Below, piece after piece: positions 46,561-56,334 of a DNA stretch of 64,000 nt. Both the position numbers and the translations under genes were made by a program. Origin of the DNA: an uncultured Bacteroidota bacterium (GTDB taxonomy: Bacteria > Bacteroidota > Ignavibacteria > Kryptoniales > JAKASW01); assembly GCA_963703365.1 (NCBI GenBank), contig OY969815.1:1152270-1216269 (forward strand), given 5' to 3'. The notes beneath the pieces are model-generated. The model was not told the origin of the DNA. It ran no database searches and saw only the letters and a program-made list of their open reading frames with translations. The stretch's first letter is position 1. Each line of letters begins with the position of its first letter.

Positions 46561-47613
46561 GTGATGACAAATGTCGCTCGAATTGTTCCGCTTCTATTTT
46601 TTTTGCTTTCCTGTAATTCTCTGAATGCTATGCCAAGGTTGTCTGCGAATAGAATCACATTCATTCGAGATGGTGAAGTCTGGATGGCAAACTCGGATGC
46701 AACAGACCCTGTGAAGCTAACCAATACATCAAGCAAGGTCGAGGGTTTTTTATTTTCTCCGGATTTCAGATATCTGGCTTACGCTAAAATTGTAGAAGAG
46801 GCTGACGAGCCAGGGCTGTGGGACGATACAACGAATATTCCCAAGAAAAACATCTGTTCGATCGTAATTCTGAATCTCCGCGATAACAGAATCGTTAGGG
46901 AAATAATGGGGCGAAATTTCTACTGGATATACATGGAGAGGTGGATGCACGATATGAGGCTGATGTACCATAGTTCCGATGGCTTTGCTGTGAGTGGCGA
47001 ATATATTTATGATCCAGAGACAGACTCCGTACAAGAACTCGATGTGAATGTCCAGCACGACACCCTGCATGTCGAATACAGTTACGACGGGTCCATGAAA
47101 ACATACCTTGTCACGACAGGTCGAGGGGCATCCTTTCGGTACAATTTACATCTTGAAAACATAACCACCGGAACTGATACAGTGCTCGTTTCGACCAAGG
47201 ATTCTATCGGTAGGGCTATAATCTCTCATGACGGAAAACGGTTGACATTCTTCATGGTGGAGGATCGGGAGCGAACTTATTTCGATGTATTGTGGCTCTA
47301 TGATCTGAGCAATTCTTCGTGCGACTCTATATATGGGGGGCCGGCACACTCAAAGGAAGGATTTATCAATCATCTCGCGTGGTCACCGGATGATCGGTAT
47401 GTTGGGATGTTCTTTACACCTGACGCGCTCGTGCTCGATGTCACGAATGTGAAAACAATTATCAATATTCATGGGACAGATTTTTCTTGGTTGGACAACG
47501 ATAGGGTTCTTTTCTGCCGAGAGAATAACATCCACGTGTATAATCTCCGGTCGGATTCAACTGCGACACTTCTGAAAGGAGCGACGAAGCCAGTTGTACT
47601 TTGGAAATTTTGA
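46561..47613 (+). CDS. exported protein with WD40-like/TolB-type beta-propeller character
   Basis: GTG start and signal peptide. ITFIRDGEVWMANSDATDPVKLT and ..LAWSPDDRYV.. resemble TolB/DPP-IV N-terminal propeller blades. The assignment is weak. Confidence 0.45.
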   Translation: MMTNVARIVPLLFFLLSCNSLNAMPRLSANRITFIRDGEVWMANSDATDPVKLTNTSSKVEGFLFSPDFRYLAYAKIVEEADEPGLWDDTTNIPKKNICSIVILNLRDNRIVREIMGRNFYWIYMERWMHDMRLMYHSSDGFAVSGEYIYDPETDSVQELDVNVQHDTLHVEYSYDGSMKTYLVTTGRGASFRYNLHLENITTGTDTVLVSTKDSIGRAIISHDGKRLTFFMVEDRERTYFDVLWLYDLSNSSCDSIYGGPAHSKEGFINHLAWSPDDRYVGMFFTPDALVLDVTNVKTIINIHGTDFSWLDNDRVLFCRENNIHVYNLRSDSTATLLKGATKPVVLWKF

Positions 47614-47772
47614 TAGACGAGGTTCAATCACGATTGAAAACGTGCACTCCTTGTGAGCGACAATCTCCTCACTGTCCATTGTAGGAAAATATCCATTAGT
47701 ACAAAGGCAACTCGTTTGTTCTCGTCAAAACACGGATGGTTCTTGCGAACGTGGATTAGTCGGCCGGAAATG

Positions 47773-47847
47773 TACTGGCGGACGGACTCGAACCGTCGAC
47801 CTCCTGATCCACAGTCAGGCGCTCTAACCAAGCTGAGCTACGCCAGC
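47773..47847 (-). tRNA. tRNA-His (anticodon GTG), atypical acceptor end
   Basis: The reverse complement folds as GCTGGCG-TA-GCTC-AGCTTGGTTA-GAGC-G-CCTGA-CTGTGGA-TCAGG-AGGTC-GACGG-TTCGAGT-CCGTC-CGCCAGT-A. The base 5' of position 1 is T (not G), the 1-72 pair is G-U, and the discriminator is A. Confidence 0.85.
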
Positions 47848-47920
47848 ATTGAAGACAAACTTAAATTGTAATTTAATGAAATAGCTCCACAACCTCAATA
47901 TATGGTGGATGTTATTCGTG

Positions 47921-49525
47921 CTAATCCCCCGTTGGTAAACGTTTTCTTCTTTTAATGCGTCGATGTGGTTCATGTTTGTGTTTTGGTTGTCTTCTATGGA
48001 TCGCCCGGTAAGTTCCGATATCATGGTGCCTCAAGTTATGCACGAAAGTTCTGTAGTTGTCATTATACAAAACGAGTACGTTGCATAGACTATCTTGCAA
48101 TGCACGCATTGAGTCGGCGTTCGCGATAAAATTCTGCATCATCATTGAGAAAACGAGCGTGTCTTTAGGCAGCAAAACATAACCGGAAAGTGTGCTTACT
48201 CCGCTGATTGAACCGGTCTTCGCAATCACTTTTCCGATTACAAATGCCCGGCGCATCCTTTTTTCGAGTGTACCATCCTTTCCCGCAAGCGGGAGGCTGC
48301 GCAAGAAAATACTTCCGGTCCCGCTATACGGACCTTTCGTTGGTTGGTTCAAATCGTAATTTAATATCTTCACTATTGCTTCCGGAGTAACGAGGTCGTA
48401 ATGCGACAATCCTGAACCGTCAACAATGAAATACTCCGCCGAGTCAATGCCACATTGTTTCAAGAAATTCTCTTCTAACTTGATGCCGTTGTCCGCACTT
48501 CCTATTTGTCCGGAAATTTCATTCGGCACTATTCGCAGTAGACATTCTGCTCCCAAATTGTCGGACACTTTGTTGATATAAGTGATGACTGTATCCATTG
48601 AATGTTCTAATTTAAAAAGTGTATCTGTTGCAGTTTCAGCCTCCGGTCTTCGGACTTCGGGATCCGTAAGAACTTCGCCGTGCACTTTAATGCCGTGCTT
48701 ATCAAGTATTTCTTTGAATACAGTTCCAAAATAACGTGCAGGATGTCGAACTGAAAAGTCATCTTCGAAAGGATGGAGATGTGATGAATATTTCCCGGTC
48801 ACAAGTACCGTATTCGTGTCGTCATTCATTACTCTTGTGACAAACAGGCTATCCATGGTGTCTGCAACCGCGGTAGAAACAATGCGGACAAAACCAGTCT
48901 GTGGTTGTGTAGTTATCGAGAGCTGGTGATTAATTGAATCTAAAGATATGTCGACGGTAATTGCGTTGTGATCGAGACAGGCCGGGCTGATGAACATTTG
49001 GTAATCGCCAGGTTCATCATCCCACATCCAACCTGATCCCCATTGAAGTGAATCGAATTTCGAAACGTCGATAACGAGGTTGCCGTCAATTTTTCCGATC
49101 CCGCTTCGCGAAATGATTCCTGCTATTGAATCGAGATCGGCATGAGTGATGATCGGATCTCCGCATGCGGCCACGATCAGGTTTCCGTCGATCGTGTCAC
49201 TATGCCGCACACCTGAAATGACAAATCCTGTTTTGAACCTGTAACTGCTGCCGAGATTTTGAAGTGCGAAAGATGTTGTCACTATTTTTAAAGTGCTCGC
49301 AGGACAAAGGAGAAGTTGGGAATTAGCTTCGAAAAGGTTTTTTTTATTTTTTCGAGAATATATTTCAATTGCTTTAATGGTTCGCGGAGCCTTTGATTTT
49401 TTGATAATGAAATTGATTTCGCGTTTAAGGAGGGCTTGGGATTTAGTTTCTTTCGTTCGTGCGCTTGTGGGAAAGAAAGCAAAGAGGAAAATAAACAGTG
49501 TACAGAAATTCAAAATATCTCTCAT
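47921..49525 (-). CDS. dacB: D-alanyl-D-alanine carboxypeptidase/endopeptidase (PBP4, peptidase S13)
   Basis: SxxK (PASTLKIVT), VDGSGLS and KTGS (AKTGSISGVSTLSGY) motifs. Signal peptide and an unusual basic C-terminal tail. Confidence 0.75.
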   Translation of the reverse strand: MRDILNFCTLFIFLFAFFPTSARTKETKSQALLKREINFIIKKSKAPRTIKAIEIYSRKNKKNLFEANSQLLLCPASTLKIVTTSFALQNLGSSYRFKTGFVISGVRHSDTIDGNLIVAACGDPIITHADLDSIAGIISRSGIGKIDGNLVIDVSKFDSLQWGSGWMWDDEPGDYQMFISPACLDHNAITVDISLDSINHQLSITTQPQTGFVRIVSTAVADTMDSLFVTRVMNDDTNTVLVTGKYSSHLHPFEDDFSVRHPARYFGTVFKEILDKHGIKVHGEVLTDPEVRRPEAETATDTLFKLEHSMDTVITYINKVSDNLGAECLLRIVPNEISGQIGSADNGIKLEENFLKQCGIDSAEYFIVDGSGLSHYDLVTPEAIVKILNYDLNQPTKGPYSGTGSIFLRSLPLAGKDGTLEKRMRRAFVIGKVIAKTGSISGVSTLSGYVLLPKDTLVFSMMMQNFIANADSMRALQDSLCNVLVLYNDNYRTFVHNLRHHDIGTYRAIHRRQPKHKHEPHRRIKRRKRLPTGD

Positions 49526-50865
49526 TTCTGTGGCTTTCCTAATTTTCTATAGAGAGTGCTTTTGTCAACCTTCAGAATTTTTGCGGCTTGCACATAATTA
49601 TTGTCGCAGCTTTTCAACACACGTTTTATGTATCCGACTTCGACTTCCTCAAGGCTGAGATTTGTCGGGATTTTTTCTGTCCATGTTTTGTCGACCATGA
49701 TGGTTGCCGGAAGTTCAGTGTCGGTAAGAGACAGGATGGAGCCCGTTGAAAGCGCAATCGTGCGGTCTATAAAATTCTCAAGCTCTCTGACATTGCCTCG
49801 CCACTCGAAATTTTTCAGCGCGGATAAAAGTTCACCTGAAATTCCTTTTACTTGTTTGTTGTGAAGCTGATTATACTTGTTTATGAAATATTCAGCTAAC
49901 AATGGTATGTCGCCCCTCCTCTCCCGAAGCGAAGGAAGCTCGATACGTATTACACTCAACCTGTAGAAAAGGTCCTCTCTAAAAAGTTTCTCTGCTACAA
50001 GCTCTTCTAATTTCCGGTTTGTCGCTGCAATAATCCTGACATCAATGATCTTCGAAACGCTGCTCCCAATCTTTCTGACTTCATGCTCTTGTAAAGCCCT
50101 GAGAAGCTTCGGCTGAAGCAGAAGAGGAATCTCTCCGATTTCATCCAGAAAGAGCGTGCCACCTTCTCCTTCGGTGAACAATCCGTCCCTTGCGAAGAGG
50201 GCGCCTGTGAAAGCACCTTTTTCGTGGCCGAAAAGTTCTGCCTCGAGAAGCTGCTCTGGGATTGCAGCCACGCTGATCGGTATGAAAGGTTTATTCGCAC
50301 GAAGACTGTTCAAGTGTATTGCCCGTGCAACAAGCTCTTTTCCTGTACCACTTTCGCCTTGAATTAAAATACTTGAGGTTGTTGGAGCGGCGCGGCCGAT
50401 AATCTTGAATACACGAAGCATCTTTTCGCTCTTGCCGACAACGTTTGATATATTCGCCTCCTGGGGTTTCGGTTCACCGGCTTGCAACGCATTGTGGGCG
50501 ACGTGGAAATGAGAGACTGCGTTCGAAATGACCAATCTTATTTCGTTCAAGTTTAAAGGTTTACTGAGATAATCGAACGCTCCAGCCTTTATCGTGCCCG
50601 CGGCTGCTTCAAGTGTGCCGAAAGCCGTGATAAGAATTACAGGAAGATTTGGAGCCGATTCAAGTATTTTGTTCATCAGTTCGACGCCGTTCAATTTCGG
50701 CATCATGACATCTGTAACGACGACTGAGAAGTTACCACCTTTGATCTTTTCAAGTGCAATGATCGGATCGGAAAATGTTTCCACCTGATACTGGGATGAC
50801 AAGGCTTCACTCAGAAGGTCAAGAGAATCGGTGTGATCGTCGATTACAGCGATTTTATCTTTCAT
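49522..50865 (-). CDS. sigma-54-dependent response regulator (NtrC family)
   Basis: Receiver (VVTDVMMPKLNG), AAA+ domain with GESGTGKE and the sigma-54 contact GAFTGA, and a C-terminal HTH (AAKILKVDKSTLYRKL). Confidence 0.85.
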   Translation of the reverse strand: MKDKIAVIDDHTDSLDLLSEALSSQYQVETFSDPIIALEKIKGGNFSVVVTDVMMPKLNGVELMNKILESAPNLPVILITAFGTLEAAAGTIKAGAFDYLSKPLNLNEIRLVISNAVSHFHVAHNALQAGEPKPQEANISNVVGKSEKMLRVFKIIGRAAPTTSSILIQGESGTGKELVARAIHLNSLRANKPFIPISVAAIPEQLLEAELFGHEKGAFTGALFARDGLFTEGEGGTLFLDEIGEIPLLLQPKLLRALQEHEVRKIGSSVSKIIDVRIIAATNRKLEELVAEKLFREDLFYRLSVIRIELPSLRERRGDIPLLAEYFINKYNQLHNKQVKGISGELLSALKNFEWRGNVRELENFIDRTIALSTGSILSLTDTELPATIMVDKTWTEKIPTNLSLEEVEVGYIKRVLKSCDNNYVQAAKILKVDKSTLYRKLGKPQK

Positions 50866-50866
50866 A

Positions 50867-52597
50867 TCACGTCTCGCTCGTAATTTTTCCGATTGGCAGT
50901 ATCATTGAAAACGTTGAACCTTTTTCTGAATTCCGGGAGAGAAATATTTTTCCACCATGCTTGTCGACAATCTCTTTGCAAATTACTAGACCGATCCCGT
51001 TGCCATTTGGCTTCTTACTGTCGATAAAATCATTGAAAAGCTGGCTGATCATTTTATCTGGAACACCGTTGCCATTATCCGAGACGTCAAAACGTATGTT
51101 AGGAAACCCGAAATCTGAGACTCGCAATTCGTATTCCTCATATACCTTAAGCTCTATTTTTCCCTGTTCGTCCGTGTAATCTCTGGGCGGACTTTTTTTT
51201 CTTGAATCTATTGCTTCGATAGAGTTGTTGAAAAGATTTATCAGCACTTGTTGAATCTGGACAGGATCGGCGTCGATTATGGCAAGCGGGTTTTCCAAAT
51301 GAATATTTAGATCGATCAGTTTTCCTTTCAATCTCGGTTCCGTAACGAGCCGGGTCTCTTCAATGAGATTTTTCAGTACCACGTTTTTCTTTGATGGTAC
51401 AGCGATTTTTCTTGCCTGGAGAAGCTGATTGATGATCGTGATCATTGTGTCAACCTGGCGCTCTATCACCTTGAGTTTTGCTTTCGCATCGTCCTGGATA
51501 TCATTCTCCAACAATAACTGGACGGAAGTATAGATAGCGTTTAGAGGACTTCCTATCTCATGTGCAAGTTTTGACGCGATTTTGCCGAGCGCAGCTTGCG
51601 ATTCAAACGTGCGAAGTTTTTCCTGCAGGGAAATGATCTCGCTACTTTTTTCATGTAAAGCGTCTATTGCAATTGAGATTTCATTTTGAAGCTTCATGTT
51701 GTAATCTTCATGTTGCCTTACTTCTGATTTTATGATTTCATGAGCCTTCTGCACTTCTGTCATCATCTGGTTAAAAATGGAAGATAACGTCCTGAATTCA
51801 GGTCCAGAGGTTATGGATAAGCGTGTATCCATTTTGCCTCCCGCCGCTTCACGCATTGCATTCGCAAGATCTCCGAAAGGTCTCAAGAAAGTCAATCGCA
51901 TCGCGAAGAGGAGAAGTAAAGATGCAAAAATGCTGATAGCCAATGTTATACCCATTCCGGTTATCCAGTTTCGGAGAACAATCCGCCGTACCTGCTCCAA
52001 CGATATTTTGATAAGAACATATCCCCAGATATTACTATTGTTTTGAAGAAGTTTTGAGCAGTAGTAAAGTGACTTGACTGAATTTACCGACCACATGGCG
52101 GTGTTTTTTATCCCATAATTTTTTAGTCCCGCCTTGACCGAGGTAATTTCGCTGTCGGATAAATCTTGTCCTGCAAAAGCAGACAGGGAAATCGAATCAG
52201 GTTTGACCTTTTTAAAGAACCCGATGAATTCCGCGTCATGATTTAACTTAAGAGCCAATCGGGCATTTGTCACGAGGGTCGAAATATCAACTTCCTGAGA
52301 TGAACTCGTAGTCAAGTTGAATTCCGCAGCCATTAATTGGGCGTCGTTCTCGGAGTCGTGGAATTCCATCCTCTGGGCAGCAACAGAATTGAAATATGTA
52401 ATCATGATCCCTGCTGCAAAAAGAATCAGCACGACAACCGCGGTAATTCTTGTTCGTAGCGAAAGGGTTGGCAATCTCGACTTCACTTCAAAAATATAGT
52501 TTTTGGACGATTGGCTTTCAAGTTTTTTACAAAGAATATACGCGAAAGATTGTTGACGCTTTATTAAATTATCAAGATTATGATTGATCCAGTACAA
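50867..52597 (-). CDS. membrane sensor histidine kinase (HAMP-HisKA-HATPase)
   Basis: Two TM segments flank a periplasmic region. It has a HAMP domain, H-box LAHEIGSPLNAI, N-box LINLFNNSIEA and G-box GNGIGL. The true start is probably GTG 52486 (VKSRLPTLSL..), which removes the overlap with uvrA. Confidence 0.8.
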   Translation of the reverse strand: MYWINHNLDNLIKRQQSFAYILCKKLESQSSKNYIFEVKSRLPTLSLRTRITAVVVLILFAAGIMITYFNSVAAQRMEFHDSENDAQLMAAEFNLTTSSSQEVDISTLVTNARLALKLNHDAEFIGFFKKVKPDSISLSAFAGQDLSDSEITSVKAGLKNYGIKNTAMWSVNSVKSLYYCSKLLQNNSNIWGYVLIKISLEQVRRIVLRNWITGMGITLAISIFASLLLLFAMRLTFLRPFGDLANAMREAAGGKMDTRLSITSGPEFRTLSSIFNQMMTEVQKAHEIIKSEVRQHEDYNMKLQNEISIAIDALHEKSSEIISLQEKLRTFESQAALGKIASKLAHEIGSPLNAIYTSVQLLLENDIQDDAKAKLKVIERQVDTMITIINQLLQARKIAVPSKKNVVLKNLIEETRLVTEPRLKGKLIDLNIHLENPLAIIDADPVQIQQVLINLFNNSIEAIDSRKKSPPRDYTDEQGKIELKVYEEYELRVSDFGFPNIRFDVSDNGNGVPDKMISQLFNDFIDSKKPNGNGIGLVICKEIVDKHGGKIFLSRNSEKGSTFSMILPIGKITSET

Positions 52598-55396
52598 GTT
52601 GAGACTTATAATTCAATTTTTCTTGAAGGGGTTCGTACACATAATCTGAAGAATATTTCAGTGAGGATACCTAAAGGAAAAATTACCGTTATTACCGGTC
52701 CGTCAGGAAGTGGGAAGTCAAGTCTAGCTTTCGACACGATTTACGCCGAGGGTCAAAGAAGATACATCGAAAGCCTCTCCGCTTACGTCAGGCAATTTCT
52801 TGAGCGAATGGAAAAACCTGATGTTGACGCAATACATGGTATTTCTCCTACCGTTGCAATGGAGCAGCGGCGACTAAGCAGAAACCCGCGATCAACCGTT
52901 GCGACGATGACAGAAATTTACGATTATCTCAGACTATTGTTTGGCAGAGCAGGAACGGTTATATGTCAAGATTGCCGACTTCCTATTGTGAAGTACACGC
53001 CGCAGTTAATCCTAAATTTCATTAATGGCAATTTGAAAAATAGGAGAATATATGTTTTTTTCAATGTGAAAGCTAATGATTGTGAGGCTACTATCTCAGA
53101 TTTGAAGCGGCGTGGGTTCTACAGGTTTGCCGAGCTAAATTCTCCAGGCAGCATCGTGGATTCGAACTCGTCTCCATTTTCTCCTAATAATGAATTTCTT
53201 GTCTTGGTAGATAGAGTCGCAGCCGGCAGCGAAGGGAGTAATGAAAGAATTATCGAAGCATGTGAGCAGGGATTTCTTAACGGCGCGGGAAGCGTTTTCG
53301 TTTACGTTGTTGATGAAAGCAGACTCCATCATTTCTCAAATAAGTTCGAGTGCTCAAACTGCGGGAAGACTTTTCTTGAACCGGAGCCGCGTCTTTTTTC
53401 ATTCAACAATCCTTATGGTGCCTGCCCGGAATGTCAAGGCTTTGGCACCGTGATAGGCTACGACTGGAATAAAGCAACAGCAAATCCATTCCTGAGCGTA
53501 TTGCACGGAGGTATAAGTCTTATTTCAGCACCAGCTTTTGATTTGTACCGTCGTTCTCTTATTAAATCTGCGAACAAAGAAAAGATTCGTCTGGACATAG
53601 CTGTCAAGGACTTGACGGAGAAGGAGTGGGATTTTCTAATCCACGGTGATAAAGCATTTATAGGATTGCACGGCTTCGTAAAACTTCTTGAAAAGAAATC
53701 GCACTCTTTTTCTGTTAGATATTTTCTTGACAGATATCGCGGCTATGTTACCTGCCCAACATGCCATGGTGTTAGACTGCGTCAAGAAGCTCTTGCAGTA
53801 GAGATTGATGGACAAAATATAGCGGCTGTTGTTGCGATGACCGTTGTGAGAGCTAATAAGTTTTGCGAGTTTGTAAAGCTTGAAGGAGAAAATGCGATAA
53901 TCGCTGAACAAGTACTTGAGGAACTGAGAAAAAGAATAGGTTACCTTTTCCAAATCGGACTTGGGTACCTCACGTTGGACAGACTCTCGTCAACGTTGTC
54001 GGGTGGGGAAGCGCAAAGAGTCAATCTCGCGACGAGTCTTGCTTCAACGTTGGTGGCGACGACTTATATCTTAGATGAACCGAGTATAGGGCTCCACCCG
54101 CGCGATATGGGCAGACTCGTTTCGATCCTGAAGAGTTTGAAGTCGTACCAGAATACGGTAATTGTAGTCGAGCATGATGCTGATATGATGAAAAATGGTG
54201 ATTACATAATCGATCTCGGCCCAGGATCCGGTGCGCTCGGCGGAGAAATAATGTACGAGGGAAGTTATTCGGGATTAGTTAAATCCAAAAGTTCGATAAC
54301 TGGAAAGTATTTGCGGAGAGAAAAAGAAATTCCTCTACCGAAAAGAAGAAAACCGGTTGATAAGTTTATTCATGTTCGTGGTGCTTCGATGCATAACATC
54401 CTGAATTTAGACGTTGACATTCCGCTGTATTCATTCGTTTGCATAACGGGCGTAAGTGGCTCCGGAAAAAGCACTTTGGTTTATGATGTACTGTATGATG
54501 CGATGAAAGAGCAAAGACCTGAAGCTTCTTTAGTTGCATCATCGGAAAATGCAGAAATCTCTTCAACTCATGCGAAGAGTATCATCTTCGATTATCTGCC
54601 GCAGTCGGTCGAACTTGTTGACCAGAGCGCTGTGGGAAGAATGTCGAGATCGAATGCTGCAACCTATAGCGGTGTCTTTGATTCGATTAGAGATCTCTTT
54701 TCTAAAACTCCACTCGCACGCGAGAGAGGTTTTACTTCGAGTTACTTTTCATTCAACGTAGAAAAGGGGGGGAGGTGTGAGGCATGCAGCGGCGAAGGAA
54801 TACAGGTTGTCGAGATGCAGTTTCTCGCCGATGTAACTCTCGAATGCGAGGCGTGTGGCGGAAGAAGGTACAGTTCAGAGGCACTGGAGATAAAATATCG
54901 CGGCAAGAACATCGCCGACATCCTTGATTTAACAGTTGTGGAAGTGCGGGATTTTTTCAACGAGAATAAGGATATAGTTAAGCGGCTCGGACTTCTGGAC
55001 CGAGTGGGACTCAGTTATCTTAAATTAGGGCAAAGGCTGTCCACTTTATCCGGAGGTGAAGCACAGCGGCTGAAGATATCAAACTATTTGTCCGTCAGCG
55101 CTGAGAGCGAAGTGCTGTTCATTCTTGATGAGCCGACGACCGGCTTGCACTTCGAGGAAATTGCAAAGTTGTTAGATGTTTTATTAGAACTTCGCAATAG
55201 AGGAAACAGTATAATCGTGGTTGAGCACAATCTCGAAGTAATTAAGTGCGCTGATTATGTGATTGACTTGGGACCCGAAGCGGGTGAAGATGGAGGAAGA
55301 GTCATAGCTGTTGGCACACCAGAAGAAATAACCAGAGTCAAGGAATCGAGAACGGGTGTCGCTTTAAAGAAAGTGCTTGAAAAAGAAAAACTTTAG
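52580..55396 (+). CDS. uvrA: excinuclease ABC subunit A
   Basis: 938 aa with two ABC modules (GPSGSGKSSLAFDTIYAEGQRRY; GVSGSGKSTLV), two LSGGEAQR signatures and zinc-finger CxxC pairs. Confidence 0.9.
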   Translation: MIDPVQVETYNSIFLEGVRTHNLKNISVRIPKGKITVITGPSGSGKSSLAFDTIYAEGQRRYIESLSAYVRQFLERMEKPDVDAIHGISPTVAMEQRRLSRNPRSTVATMTEIYDYLRLLFGRAGTVICQDCRLPIVKYTPQLILNFINGNLKNRRIYVFFNVKANDCEATISDLKRRGFYRFAELNSPGSIVDSNSSPFSPNNEFLVLVDRVAAGSEGSNERIIEACEQGFLNGAGSVFVYVVDESRLHHFSNKFECSNCGKTFLEPEPRLFSFNNPYGACPECQGFGTVIGYDWNKATANPFLSVLHGGISLISAPAFDLYRRSLIKSANKEKIRLDIAVKDLTEKEWDFLIHGDKAFIGLHGFVKLLEKKSHSFSVRYFLDRYRGYVTCPTCHGVRLRQEALAVEIDGQNIAAVVAMTVVRANKFCEFVKLEGENAIIAEQVLEELRKRIGYLFQIGLGYLTLDRLSSTLSGGEAQRVNLATSLASTLVATTYILDEPSIGLHPRDMGRLVSILKSLKSYQNTVIVVEHDADMMKNGDYIIDLGPGSGALGGEIMYEGSYSGLVKSKSSITGKYLRREKEIPLPKRRKPVDKFIHVRGASMHNILNLDVDIPLYSFVCITGVSGSGKSTLVYDVLYDAMKEQRPEASLVASSENAEISSTHAKSIIFDYLPQSVELVDQSAVGRMSRSNAATYSGVFDSIRDLFSKTPLARERGFTSSYFSFNVEKGGRCEACSGEGIQVVEMQFLADVTLECEACGGRRYSSEALEIKYRGKNIADILDLTVVEVRDFFNENKDIVKRLGLLDRVGLSYLKLGQRLSTLSGGEAQRLKISNYLSVSAESEVLFILDEPTTGLHFEEIAKLLDVLLELRNRGNSIIVVEHNLEVIKCADYVIDLGPEAGEDGGRVIAVGTPEEITRVKESRTGVALKKVLEKEKL

Positions 55397-55408
55397 AAAT
55401 GCGCTCTG

Positions 55409-56164
55409 TTAATACTGCGTCGCGATGTCGAAAGCAAGAAAGAATGTGTTGAAGTTTGCCATCGGCTCATCCTGCAAGCTTTCAATTCCATAACTTCGGG
55501 ACATTGGTAGGATGTAATATCGAACGCTTATACCCATCACGCTGGTCGAAGTGAGACCGAAGTATGTACCGGCTCCAACGTATGCGCCGACTCCAAAATA
55601 CGAATGTCCATTCGATAGACTTGTGGATAGGGGTACATTGTACGGCAGAGCAAGAACTACGTTTGGTCCGACCGCGGCATTAACGTAGGGCTGGAAAGTG
55701 TTTGTAATTACATCTTTGAAAAGCCGGTACTGCAAACCTACCATGGCAGGGATGACAAAAAGCTGGTTGACTTTGCCGATTACCGTCGACTGAGGATAGC
55801 CGTAAATGTCGTAATAATAAGTGGTCGTCTCGTTCGGCGCTTTAGCCTCTGAGGCGCTGAGTGAGAGTGTCCATGATAGTGTACCGTTAAGCTCTTGCCT
55901 GTAGAAAAAACCCATACCGAATCCATTATTGCCTATCATTATATCGAGGCCTATGGAGTTTCGTTTATCCGTAGTATCGGGCACCAAATCTTTTATCGGC
56001 ATGAACGCATACTCTGAATCAGGTTGAGTAGTTGCATTTGTTTGCTGCGCGAACACGCCGGCTGTCAATCCGAAGGAACCGGCGAAGAGGAGAAGCAACA
56101 ATATTAATATTTTGCACATTCTTTCTCTCCTTAATTTAGTCAACACCAAAATATCATTCATCAT
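55409..56164 (-). CDS. putative outer-membrane beta-barrel protein
   Basis: Signal peptide, alternating aromatic/glycine-rich beta-strand pattern and a C-terminal ..FLAFDIATQY aromatic terminus. Confidence 0.45.
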   Translation of the reverse strand: MMNDILVLTKLRRERMCKILILLLLLFAGSFGLTAGVFAQQTNATTQPDSEYAFMPIKDLVPDTTDKRNSIGLDIMIGNNGFGMGFFYRQELNGTLSWTLSLSASEAKAPNETTTYYYDIYGYPQSTVIGKVNQLFVIPAMVGLQYRLFKDVITNTFQPYVNAAVGPNVVLALPYNVPLSTSLSNGHSYFGVGAYVGAGTYFGLTSTSVMGISVRYYILPMSRSYGIESLQDEPMANFNTFFLAFDIATQY

Positions 56165-56256
56165 TGTCTTAGACGATAAACTCTTTACTTAGATTAACTG
56201 TCCATCAGTTTTAAATAGTTCCATACATTAAAAGGGGCTAGACGAAAAATTAACCG

Positions 56257-56277
56257 CCAAGGCCACTGCCGTCTTGG
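56257..56277. repeat. hairpin motif CAAGRCCRCTGCCGTCTTG, copy 1
   Basis: ccaaggc-cactgcc-gtcttgg lies 58 nt downstream of rlmI. On the minus strand it is followed by ..TTAATTTTT. Confidence 0.4.
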
Positions 56278-56334
56278 GGTAAAATGTTTTTTGTGAGTTT
56301 CACCGGATTTTTATTATCCACTCTGATTAAATAT

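Noticed and set aside
47628-47871. Two opposite-strand ORFs (67 and 72 aa)
   Set aside because: Both are read through the tRNA-His gene. They have no start context and are artefacts.
47921-48040. Highly basic C-terminal tails on PBP4 (..HRRQPKHKHEPHRRIKRRKRLPTGD) and on CoaD (58694-58765, ..NTKTNHRRKKS) as possible frameshift read-through
   Set aside because: No alternative frame carries a recognisable conserved C-terminus, and the core domains are complete before the tails. I cannot distinguish genuine extensions from stop-codon drift without homolog alignments.
52487-52597. Apparent 18-nt head-to-head overlap of the sensor kinase and uvrA coding regions
   Set aside because: This is most likely a start-codon artefact of the ORF track. 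A GTG at 52486 gives a typical N-terminus (VKSRLPTLSLRTRITAVVVLILF..) and leaves a 93-bp divergent promoter region.
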